Shown: in pieces, positions 17,194-24,960 of the stretch
Position numbering within the stretch: position 1 is the stretch's first letter
Layout of the letters: each line of letters begins with the position of its first letter
DNA from: Propionibacteriaceae bacterium
GTDB taxonomy: Bacteria; Actinomycetota; Actinomycetes; Propionibacteriales; Propionibacteriaceae
NCBI GenBank assembly: GCA_031256725.1
Contig: JAIRQE010000025.1
Coordinates: 30,001-62,000 of the forward strand
Direction of reading: 5' to 3'
DNA length: 32,000 nucleotides
Notes under the pieces: model-generated
What the model was told of the DNA's origin: nothing
Database searches by the model: none
Seen by the model: only the letters and a program-made list of their open reading frames with translations
Made by a program: the position numbers and the translations under genes

Positions 17194-18507
17194 TCATATC
17201 CGTCGTACAATCAGGGCTTTTGCACCCTCAGGGCTGGGCGTGAGGATGACCGTAGCCTGGTTTCTCCCTGTGAGTTTGAGGGTACGGCGAAAGCTCGCTG
17301 GATCGATGTCGAGACCGCGTACCTTGATCTCCAAGGTACCAATGTCCCGGCTAGCAACCCAGGCTTTGAGTGCCTTGGGTGAGAAAACCTGGATTTCTTC
17401 CACTGCGAAGACTGACGCGAACCGGGTTTGGTGAAGATCATTGCCAGTGAGGTAGGCGATATGGTCAGCTATGGGGTGTGTCGATGTGAATGATGCGAGG
17501 GTGGGGATGGCTCGTGCTCGGATGACTGCGGGGTCGGGTTCGTAAACATAGGTACCAACAGGCCCAGGTGCAGGGGCGTCATCACCAGTGGGGAGTCGGT
17601 GTTCGGTGGCGCCATCCACGATGACTGCTTCACGTCGGGATCTCGCCTGGGGAATGGCCCAGAGAGTGGTTTCCACGAGGTCACCCCTGTGGGAGACCCA
17701 TGTGACATCCGTGTTCTCGGGGAGGAGTCGGCGTGGGAATCCTGGGGCTAGCTTGATGATGACCGGGGATGTACGTCTGTTTATCATCGACTCCACAAAC
17801 TCCCACGATGGGCTGAGGTCGCGGATATCCCAGGATCGCCTATGGGCGTTACGTCTGGCTGGGTCAAGATAGAGTGCGTGGTCTTGGTCGCGGGGGAGCC
17901 AGTCTGTGTGGGCGGTCAGGTCGGTTACGTGTACCTCCCATGGGGTTGGAGCGTTTCCTGGAACCAATGATGTTGATATATCCCCAGATGGAGAGGTTGG
18001 ACCCTCGTGAAGACCTGAGCTTCCGGGGTCAGGGGTTTCCTGGGGATTGGATGGTTCTGTGAGTTTGGGATCGTGGAATGTGGTTCCCAAGGCGAGGTTA
18101 GCGCTTGCGAGGGTGGCTAGTACGGAATCCCTTTCAAGGGCGGTGACTGAGATCCCCATGGTGTGAAAGGCCACAGAGTCAATGCCGACACCACATCCAG
18201 CATCAGTGACCCTGGTGATTCCCAGAGCGGCAAGGTGGCGAGCCCTCCACAGTGCTACCTCCCAGCGTGTGGCCTGCTCCAATGAATCCTGGGTGAGGAA
18301 GAGGTGATCAGCCATGTCCCCGAGTTTCTTATGGGCCCGACGTCGAAGGGACACCAGATCTAGTACGGCCGCTGCTCGGTCGGGGCTGAGTTCCCTGCGA
18401 AGGGAGGTACCCGCGCTCAGAGAGGACGGGTCCGAGTAGGAGGCCGCCTGATCGATGTACGGCCGAGCCTCAGAAGACACCAACCATTGAGCCACCTCAA
18501 GTTCCAT
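17194..18507 (-). CDS. Class I SAM-dependent methyltransferase with a THUMP-like C-terminal domain
   Basis: SAM motif I VTDAGCGVGIDSVAF. The overall 437-aa architecture is recalled from actinobacterial THUMP-like methyltransferases. Confidence 0.7.
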   Translation of the reverse strand: MELEVAQWLVSSEARPYIDQAASYSDPSSLSAGTSLRRELSPDRAAAVLDLVSLRRRAHKKLGDMADHLFLTQDSLEQATRWEVALWRARHLAALGITRVTDAGCGVGIDSVAFHTMGISVTALERDSVLATLASANLALGTTFHDPKLTEPSNPQETPDPGSSGLHEGPTSPSGDISTSLVPGNAPTPWEVHVTDLTAHTDWLPRDQDHALYLDPARRNAHRRSWDIRDLSPSWEFVESMINRRTSPVIIKLAPGFPRRLLPENTDVTWVSHRGDLVETTLWAIPQARSRREAVIVDGATEHRLPTGDDAPAPGPVGTYVYEPDPAVIRARAIPTLASFTSTHPIADHIAYLTGNDLHQTRFASVFAVEEIQVFSPKALKAWVASRDIGTLEIKVRGLDIDPASFRRTLKLTGRNQATVILTPSPEGAKALIVRRI

Positions 18508-18648
18508 GGGTACTAGCCTAATCCAACCCTGACGTCGTGGGTTTCCAGAAAACCCTGTCCGAATTCATTGAGTGTCAGTCTGTCATTCCGCACACTGCGG
18601 CTTTGCGCAGCACAGGCTTCGTCGCAGAATCCAGGAGGTACGGTCTAG

Positions 18649-18670
18649 ATCCTGCGACTGCGCGCAGGAT
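18649..18670. promoter_or_regulatory. Perfect hairpin/palindrome ATCCTGCG-actgcg-CGCAGGAT in the divergent methyltransferase/GNAT intergenic region
   Basis: 8-bp perfect arms. A related CTGCG-gctttg-CGCAG element lies at about 18595-18610, and ATTCCGCA...TGCAGAAT flanks 18585-18630. Confidence 0.2.
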
Positions 18671-18730
18671 GACATCGGGGACTGGGGTGGATCTCTAGCC
18701 ATTGGGTACCAACCGTGAGACTATGGAGTC

Positions 18731-19024
18731 ATGGACTTCCGTATCACTGATTCACGGTTTGAGGCTGTTGGCGATGGTCAGGTCGTGGGATGGCTCGACT
18801 TCACGAACGACAATGGCATGGTCTCTATGACCCATACGGTCGTACCTTCCAAGTACGAGGGACGTGGAATTGGTACCTCCCTTGTTGCCCATGCCCTGAA
18901 TTATGCCCGGGATCATGACTGGCAGGTACTTCCGTACTGTTCCTTTATCCAGGCGTACATCGTAACTCACGAGGGCTATCTCCAATTGGTACCTAAGGAT
19001 CGCCGAGCGGAATTCGTGCTCTAG
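18731..19024 (+). CDS. Small GNAT-family N-acetyltransferase (YjdJ-like single-domain type)
   Basis: The 97-aa protein carries VVPSKYEGRGIGTSLVAHALNYARDHDWQVLPYCSF, typical of the short GNAT_YJDJ-type family. Confidence 0.7.
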   Translation: MDFRITDSRFEAVGDGQVVGWLDFTNDNGMVSMTHTVVPSKYEGRGIGTSLVAHALNYARDHDWQVLPYCSFIQAYIVTHEGYLQLVPKDRRAEFVL

Positions 19025-19213
19025 AGTCAGGCTCCACCATCGGCTACCAAACACCCATCGAAGCCGAAGAACAGTACTACAATCACCATGATACAAACTA
19101 TTCGCCAGTAACCAAGCAGCATAGAAGCCGGGACGGTTCATTGGTGCGGGGTGCTGGGAACACGAAGATCAGAATATCTGATACTACAGTCGATCACCGG
19201 CATCGTAATTGAT

Positions 19214-19675
19214 TCATAGGATGTCCCATTGCGTTGATGCCATTTTGAAAAGGTCATCTATCTGTGCTTGGTACTGGTCGACAAGGGCCAGTTCAGCCGG
19301 GTCCGAAGTCAACGCTCGATGCTGATAATCAAGCATGATTCCCCAGACCTCGGTGCCTTCCTCCGCAGGAAGCCGCACCCCGTATGTTGTTTCCTTCCCG
19401 ATTCCTGGCCAAATAATCAGTGCAAACACACCATTGTAGGTTTGAACACCCAGATTCCCGGTGTAACTCAGATAGTCAGGAAACTTTACGTTGTAGTTGT
19501 AGCCGTTGTCGCCGTCCAAGACGTGAGTTCCAGGGTAGAGTTCTCTCATATCAACGGTGTACGGATCGTATTTGTGTTGAACTACGTTGTACCAGATACA
19601 GTTGTAGACTCCGAATCCGAGCAACACAATTCCTAGCAATATGAGTAATGCTGGGACCTTTCTCTGTTTCTTCAT
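19214..19675 (-). CDS. Membrane-anchored hypothetical protein (N-terminal TM, Tyr/Asn/Gly-rich extracytoplasmic domain); last gene of the bacteriocin cassette and a candidate immunity/accessory factor
   Basis: [28 protein letters not shown]... then a soluble domain. I use ATG 19675, which overlaps the ATPase stop as ATGA (translational coupling); the listed ORF starts at 19693. I do not recognise the family. Confidence 0.6.
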   Translation of the reverse strand: MKKQRKVPALLILLGIVLLGFGVYNCIWYNVVQHKYDPYTVDMRELYPGTHVLDGDNGYNYNVKFPDYLSYTGNLGVQTYNGVFALIIWPGIGKETTYGVRLPAEEGTEVWGIMLDYQHRALTSDPAELALVDQYQAQIDDLFKMASTQWDIL

Positions 19676-20280
19676 AGGTTGACCACTCTCCACCCTCGCG
19701 CCATGATGCTCTCGTCATGGGTCACGACGACGACTGTTTTTCCGGCCCGGTGCAAATCCTCTAATATGGAGACAATTTCCTGAGCGTTTCCTCGATCAAG
19801 AGATCCTGTGGGTTCATCTGCAAGAATCACGTCGCACTTCTTAACCATAAGACGGGCTAACGCAACGCGTTGCTGTTCACCTCCAGAAAGCGTGTATACC
19901 TTGTCGTCTACTCGGTGCGCCAGACCTACTCTCTCAAGGGCTTGGTCGATTCCCAACTCGGCTGAACTGACCTTGGTAACCAATCGCAAATTCTGTCGAA
20001 CCGTTTTGTCATCGATCAGAACGAAGTTTTGGAAGACGAAACCCACCTTTTCCTTAAAAAGGAAACGGTGGTTTCGCTGTTGATTAACATCAATATCATC
20101 GATAGTGACGACACCTTTGTCGAACTTCTCCAATGCTCCGATGATATTGAGTAAAGTGGTCTTGCCGGAACCACTCGCCCCACAGAGAGCGACAATCTCA
20201 CCGGTGTCAACTGTGAGAGAAAAGTTGGTGAACAGATGGTTTGATCCGAAAGACTTGCACAAATCACTTATTTTGATCAC
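19672..20280 (-). CDS. ABC transporter ATP-binding protein (MacB/LolD-like; lactococcin-972-group bacteriocin exporter type)
   Basis: Walker [10 protein letters not shown], signature LSGGEQQR, Walker [12 protein letters not shown]. Its GTG start overlaps the stop of the upstream membrane-protein gene (GTGA). Confidence 0.9.
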   Translation of the reverse strand: MIKISDLCKSFGSNHLFTNFSLTVDTGEIVALCGASGSGKTTLLNIIGALEKFDKGVVTIDDIDVNQQRNHRFLFKEKVGFVFQNFVLIDDKTVRQNLRLVTKVSSAELGIDQALERVGLAHRVDDKVYTLSGGEQQRVALARLMVKKCDVILADEPTGSLDRGNAQEIVSILEDLHRAGKTVVVVTHDESIMARGWRVVNL

Positions 20281-22196
20281 AATGTTGCCCCCTTCGACAC
20301 TCGTTGGAAACTTATCCGGCTGTACTTTCGCATGTAATGAAGAGTCACGCTGAGATCCAGGAGCAGAAGAACACCGCCCCCAACCCCCAAGTACGCAACT
20401 GAACGGATACCCGCTAAGGGGGCAAGGTTGATGCTAACGACAACAGCGAGCAGCGTGGTTATGACCAACAAAGCGAATGTGCGTAGATTGATCCGCGCCA
20501 CGGTATAGCCATGCAACCTCATCAAAGAGCGCTCGGTCGCGTTAATGGTATAGTCGAAAAGAAGCAGGCTGCGGGTAACCATGCTACTGATGCCGACAAC
20601 CAGGAACAGCATGACTAACCCGATCATGATACTACGATCAACAAGTTTCAAATGATATTGGTAATTCGCGTAGGCGTTGGTTAAGTAGTGAAGTTCAGTT
20701 GCCACTTCGGCCTCTGACACAAACTCCTCGAAATCGGCGCTGCTAATATTAAAGAGTGTACTCGCAGAGATGTATCCAGGGTTTCGCAGATGCTCAATGC
20801 TTGATGGACCTAAGTTATTTAAAATGATAATCGGATTACGTTTTATTGAGGTAAATACAACACCCTGATTGCTAATTGCTATTACATCGGTCGTCCTACA
20901 CTCGACAATTTCAAAATCATATTCCTGATCGTAATAGGACCACCAAATGTCCATCATATCTGACTCAATATTATCCAAACCGAAGTATGTTCTTGGTACG
21001 AGGAAGTAAACCTTTCTGTCAAGGATTGTCCCCTCGAGTTCTGGAATGACCGACTGAAGATAAGGCAGCGCGCTTGCGTCGGAATACACGTATTCCGCAG
21101 CGGTGTTCCAACTCTCAAGATCAACAATCGTCATAGTTTGTTTCTGTGCTGCAAAGAAAAACATTATGGATTTACTAATACTAAAATCACTATTTGCTTC
21201 AGCGCTGATGTTTACATAGTTGAAGTCGGCATGCTGCTCAAAAAAAGGCTTTTGGCGGTAGTAGTCGGCGCCGTCTGCGATAAACTTGACATTCCCAGAC
21301 ATGATGATGATAGCGAACAAGATTACCACTACCTTATAAATAAAACTGAGCCACAGAATTCTCTTCGCGCCCTGTCGTGTATTTACATCCTTTCGGAAGT
21401 CAAAACGTAGCAATCTCATATACTGGAGGGAGTTGCTGACAAGGAAGACGGCTACACTCAAGCCGGTGAGATGCACCATGTAGGATGCGTTTGTGAACTC
21501 ACTTAATAGGAGAATCATCGCGGTAATGGTAACAGAATAGAATACTAAATCTCTGAGAATGTTGGAGGCGATGAAGACAGAAAGTGATTGTCCTGAGGTG
21601 ACACGCACCAAAACCTCACGCTTCATCAGAGCTGCCTCGTAAGTGGACATAAGTAAGAGCAAGCCGAAGACAGCAAACCACACCCCCAGAACATTATATG
21701 CATCTCCTAGCGATCGCATTGGCTGTTGGGGGTATCTACCCCCATAGCTATCGATCAGTATCTGCTTGAAGCTGATCTGGTCATCCATATCTCCGATTAG
21801 ATAGAGGACGTCTGGAGTGCGATCTGTGGGCCATTCCTCCACTGAGAAGAACCTCACCGTTACATCACCAATAAAGATACTACTGAGTGTGCCCGACCGA
21901 ATATGTCCCTTGTTCGTCAAGACATCCTTTGCTCCATCCGTCGAGAAGATATTCATGGTGATCGAAAAAATACTCTCAACATCTCTTGCCACCAAGAAGA
22001 ACTCGATGTCTGTTTGATGCGCGGCATCAAGCACGTCGGCTATTAGCTGAGAGTTCGGAGCAGATTCCTTTACGCTGAAAGTGGTGTACGCGTAATCGGT
22101 TTCGAATGAGCTAATATGCCATACATAGAATTCGCCGATCAATACGAGAGCACTGAACATCAGAATAGCACTTGTGAAATACTTCGCTTTCTTCAT
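20277..22196 (-). CDS. Bacteriocin-associated polytopic integral membrane protein (DUF1430 / bact_immun_7tm-like; putative permease/immunity component)
   Basis: 639 aa laid out as an N-terminal TM, an extracytoplasmic domain of about 150 aa, a cluster of about 4 TMs, a second soluble domain of about 220 aa, and about 3 C-terminal TMs. It is AT-rich, has an AAAGGGA SD, and lies between a small secreted peptide gene and an ABC ATPase. Confidence 0.65.
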   Translation of the reverse strand: MKKAKYFTSAILMFSALVLIGEFYVWHISSFETDYAYTTFSVKESAPNSQLIADVLDAAHQTDIEFFLVARDVESIFSITMNIFSTDGAKDVLTNKGHIRSGTLSSIFIGDVTVRFFSVEEWPTDRTPDVLYLIGDMDDQISFKQILIDSYGGRYPQQPMRSLGDAYNVLGVWFAVFGLLLLMSTYEAALMKREVLVRVTSGQSLSVFIASNILRDLVFYSVTITAMILLLSEFTNASYMVHLTGLSVAVFLVSNSLQYMRLLRFDFRKDVNTRQGAKRILWLSFIYKVVVILFAIIIMSGNVKFIADGADYYRQKPFFEQHADFNYVNISAEANSDFSISKSIMFFFAAQKQTMTIVDLESWNTAAEYVYSDASALPYLQSVIPELEGTILDRKVYFLVPRTYFGLDNIESDMMDIWWSYYDQEYDFEIVECRTTDVIAISNQGVVFTSIKRNPIIILNNLGPSSIEHLRNPGYISASTLFNISSADFEEFVSEAEVATELHYLTNAYANYQYHLKLVDRSIMIGLVMLFLVVGISSMVTRSLLLFDYTINATERSLMRLHGYTVARINLRTFALLVITTLLAVVVSINLAPLAGIRSVAYLGVGGGVLLLLDLSVTLHYMRKYSRISFQRVSKGATL

Positions 22197-22239
22197 GTAA
22201 TATCCCTTTACGCGACAAGTACAGTATTCACCGTCGAAT

Positions 22240-22295
22240 TTGAACTGAAAGAAGATGCGCAGAGGTGTTGGTGTTGAAGCAGTCCTCTGCGCATC
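22240..22295 (-). terminator. Intrinsic terminator/attenuator between the bacteriocin structural gene and the transporter genes
   Basis: Perfect 12-bp inverted repeat GATGCGCAGAGG (22254-22265) / CCTCTGCGCATC (22284-22295). In the minus-strand transcript it is followed by TTCTTTCAGTT. Confidence 0.6.
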
Positions 22296-22303
22296 TCACA
22301 GTG

Positions 22304-22666
22304 TTAGAAGTTGCAGTAGTATTCGTAGGTCGCGATGGCCGTATGGGTGATTTCGATCTTCGATACAGCCGTTACACTCTTTGTCGGGCCGGCATAGGTT
22401 CCTTTGCCGTTCTTCAGCGAAGCGTAGTGGGTGAGTGTGCTGTGATTCGCCCAGGCATAGTCTTCATGGATGGCGGTCGTGTTGAACCCATATGTGAGGG
22501 CGGCACGATTGCTGTCTCCCGAGGTGTACAACTGCCAAGCTGAGGTGAACCCCGTATTACCGTGGGTCGCCTTGAGTTGTCCTGCGTGGGCGGTGGCTCC
22601 TGGTACTGCGACGATCGCGATTCCACAGGCAAGTGCAAAGGTAATCAGCCTTCGAGCAATCTTCAT
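22304..22666 (-). CDS. Lactococcin-972-family bacteriocin precursor (candidate)
   Basis: 120 aa with a Sec signal MKIARRLITFALACGIAIVAVPGATAHA|GQ. The mature part carries HSTLTHYASL and a C-terminal ATYEYYCNF. My recollection of Lcn972 has HGSKTHSATV and ASFYYNFW at the matching places. It is immediately upstream of a large polytopic membrane protein and an ABC ATPase. GGGAGA SD at 22672-22677. Confidence 0.6.
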   Translation of the reverse strand: MKIARRLITFALACGIAIVAVPGATAHAGQLKATHGNTGFTSAWQLYTSGDSNRAALTYGFNTTAIHEDYAWANHSTLTHYASLKNGKGTYAGPTKSVTAVSKIEITHTAIATYEYYCNF

Positions 22667-22682
22667 GATAATCTCCCATCAT

Positions 22683-22735
22683 ATTATAGCAATATTGCTG
22701 CGTTCAGTCTATTCTTTATATTGATAAGTAGTCAA
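22683..22735 (-). promoter_or_regulatory. Promoter region of the bacteriocin gene with two overlapping candidate sigma-70-type promoters and a 10-bp palindrome
   Basis: The reverse strand reads TTGACT (22730-22735), 18 nt, TAGACT (22706-22711), 17 nt, TATAAT (22683-22688). A perfect palindrome GCAATATTGC lies at 22689-22698 between the last two hexamers. Confidence 0.45.
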
Positions 22736-22760
22736 GTTCACGACGACAATCATAAGTAGT

Positions 22761-22823
22761 GCCCGCGAAGTGGGTGCCCATGTATCACTTGGTTTTGCCC
22801 GCGAAACCTGTGGGGCGCGAAAC
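22761..22823 (+). repeat. Three direct copies of a GC-rich motif (GCCCGCGAA / GCCCGCGAAAC / GCGCGAAAC) at the islet border
   Basis: Copies at 22761-22769, 22797-22807 and 22815-22823. They lie between the bacteriocin promoter and the transposase fragment. Confidence 0.5.
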
Positions 22824-22882
22824 ACTAGGTTCTGCTAGAACGCTGTCATGGATAGCATGGTAGATGGTTTCTGCTTCCACTG

Positions 22883-23101
22883 TTGGGATGTCTCCACAGT
22901 ATCTGTGACAACTTTTGTACTGAACATGGTATTGCCAGGAAAAGGTTTTATGCGATTCGTCGTCGGGTTTGTGAGGATGGCCCAGATTCGTCGTTGGAAC
23001 CTCGAAGTCGCCGACCGGTTCGTAGTCCGACCCGACTACCGGACCAGGCCCGTATAGAGGCGCTACAGGTCAGGGCGTCGTTGGAGGCGTCAGGGTTGGG
23101 C
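22883..23101 (+). pseudogene. Fragment of an IS481-like (rve-integrase type) transposase gene, N-terminal HTH region only
   Basis: The translation ...HGIARKRFYAIRRRVCEDGPDSSLEPRSRRPVRSPTRLPDQARIEALQVRASLEASGLG resembles the conserved GISRKTFY...LEPRSRRP...ALEASGL N-terminus of actinobacterial IS481-family transposases. No integrase core follows, and the frame degenerates after about 23101. Confidence 0.55.
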
Positions 23102-23366
23102 TCCGGAGAATACCTATTGTTATTTGCATTCGACATGACTCTAACCTTCCTCTCAAATCAAACAGAGTCAAGGGTAAAACCGTGAACCAAGGCGATACCC
23201 TCTCCCTCATTCTCACGCGCCTTCGACCACCTCAAGGGATAGCCAAGACAAGCGTTATTGCCACCAGTCAGGCGGACATTTAAGTGAGGCATCCCTCAAC
23301 TTTTCCCGGACAACTGATGATGAGGCAAGACGCTCATCAAACCGGGGAGAGCGTACTATTGCATCC

Positions 23367-23828
23367 ATGAGCGAAGAGAACTGGTTCGATGCAATCGAGG
23401 TGGGGGACTGCTTTCATTCCGAGGTGGAAATCGAGGTGACAGCGGAAGCGATCATCGCGTTTGCGGAAACCTATGACCCCCAACCTGGGCATCTCAGTGA
23501 GGAATTGGCCAAGGCAACCCCATTCAAGGGGTTGGCTGCATCAGGGTGGCACACTGCAGCAATCACGATGAGGCTCCTGGCGGAAACGGGGTGGACGGAT
23601 ACGATCGGTCTTGGCGTGAGTCTGAAATGGCCGACCGCGACCCGCCCTGGTGATCATCTGAGGTTGGAGGGCAGGATCACCTCCAAGAGACTTTCCGAAT
23701 CCAGGCCCGATACTGCCATTCTGGGGATTGAGTACACAACCCTCAACCACGACGGTGAGGTGCGTCAGATCACTGAGGCAACTGTGATGGCAACCTCGAC
23801 CTTCCACGTACCACTTCATAGAGACTAG
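23367..23828 (+). CDS. MaoC-like (R)-specific enoyl-CoA hydratase / hotdog-fold dehydratase
   Basis: 153 aa. FAETYDPQPGHLSEE...GLAASGWHTAAITMRLL is typical of the MaoC dehydratase hotdog family. Confidence 0.75.
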   Translation: MSEENWFDAIEVGDCFHSEVEIEVTAEAIIAFAETYDPQPGHLSEELAKATPFKGLAASGWHTAAITMRLLAETGWTDTIGLGVSLKWPTATRPGDHLRLEGRITSKRLSESRPDTAILGIEYTTLNHDGEVRQITEATVMATSTFHVPLHRD

Positions 23829-23916
23829 ATGACTTCCTCGTACCCTTGCAGAAAGCTGGGTCATAAGGACTCATTGGGAAGGATCAATCCAGGCATTGTT
23901 GTTTGTTCCGTGCAGG

Positions 23917-24855
23917 ATGACGGAGCACAATCCGGTATATTCTAGTGGGATGCTTGGATACTTCGGCCCACAGGGTACCTTCACTCATCAAGCCTTGCTG
24001 AGTCTCGACATTGATGAGGAGACCCAGCCTTTCCCATCCGTGGGAGCCTGTTTGGATGCTGTCAGGGAGGGTACGATCCGGGCCGGGTTGGTTCCGATCG
24101 AGAACTCGGTTGAGGGTGGGGTGTCAGCCACGCTTGATGCTCTGTCCCAGGGGGAACCCCTCCAGATCATGGCTGAGGTACTCCTTCCGGTCGCCTTCGG
24201 GTTGTTTGTTCGCCCGGGCATAAAACTTGACCAGGTACGCTCAATCATCACCCATCCCCATGCTGCAGCGCAGGTACGCGGCTGGATTGCGGAGAATCTT
24301 CCTGAGGCGACAATAATCGAGCAGGGGTCGACCGCAGCTGCAGCAGCAGAGGTGTCACACCCTGATTCCCCTTATGATGGGGCTATTTGTGCTGCTGTTG
24401 CGGGGACACTGTATGGGTTGGTGTCCGTGGCTTCTGAGATCGCCGATAACCCTGATGCTGTCACCAGATTCATCTTGGTTTCTCGGCCCTTCCCGCCAGC
24501 GGAGCCCTGTGGATATGACAAGACGAGTGTGACGGTGCATCTCAACTCTGATCATCCTGGCGGTCTGATGGAGGTACTGCAACAGTTCTCTCTACGCGGG
24601 GTCAACCTGTGTCGCATCGAATCACGCCCCGAGAAGGACAAGATCGGCAACTACTATTTCTCGATTGATGCCGAGGGTCATATCCAGGAACGTCGTCTCC
24701 AAGAAGCATTGATGGGCCTGCATCGTACCTGCCGTGAAGTGGGATTCTTGGGTTCCTATCCGCGTGCTGACAAGGTACCTCAGTCTGTTGATTTGGGGAT
24801 GAGCGATACGGACTTTGCTGAAGCCGACACCTGGATCTTCACCATCTTGAATTAA
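23917..24855 (+). CDS. pheA: Prephenate dehydratase
   Basis: YFGPQGTFTHQA, VPIENSVEGGV, and the ACT-domain motif CRIESRP...YYFSID. ATG 23917 was chosen; the listed ORF begins at TTG 23896. Confidence 0.9.
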   Translation: MTEHNPVYSSGMLGYFGPQGTFTHQALLSLDIDEETQPFPSVGACLDAVREGTIRAGLVPIENSVEGGVSATLDALSQGEPLQIMAEVLLPVAFGLFVRPGIKLDQVRSIITHPHAAAQVRGWIAENLPEATIIEQGSTAAAAAEVSHPDSPYDGAICAAVAGTLYGLVSVASEIADNPDAVTRFILVSRPFPPAEPCGYDKTSVTVHLNSDHPGGLMEVLQQFSLRGVNLCRIESRPEKDKIGNYYFSIDAEGHIQERRLQEALMGLHRTCREVGFLGSYPRADKVPQSVDLGMSDTDFAEADTWIFTILN

Positions 24856-24879
24856 GTACCAGGTGACAGTGGGGCCGGT

Positions 24880-24960
24880 TCTTTTTGTCACATGTGGTGC
24901 TCAGCACATTTCCCAACGTAGTATTCAGACCCAATCAAAGAGGGGGTGGGGTGTATCTGT
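24880..24960 (-). repeat. Dispersed repeat family, copy A3 (reverse orientation) in the pheA-adk intergenic region
   Basis: The reverse complement of 24901-24960 is ACAGATACACCCCACCCCCTCTTTGATTGGGTCTGAATACTACGTTGGGAAATGTGCTGA. By hand alignment it matches A1 (6833-6893) at roughly 50 of 60 positions. Confidence 0.6.

Noticed and set aside
16489-17382. 297-aa plus-strand ORF
   Set aside because: It spans the antisense of both the SIMPL gene and the 3' end of the methyltransferase gene and crosses their intergenic region. It has no recognisable domain.
19027-19089. 20-aa hydrophobic mini-ORF (MVIVVLFFGFDGCLVADGGA) on the minus strand at the left islet border
   Set aside because: It is too short, has no SD that I can see, and I have no conservation information.
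22948-23136. 62-aa minus-strand ORF with a decent AGGAAGG SD (MSNANNNRYSPEPNPD...)
   Set aside because: Most of it is antisense to the transposase fragment and low in complexity, so it is probably fortuitous. I would reconsider it only if it proves conserved.
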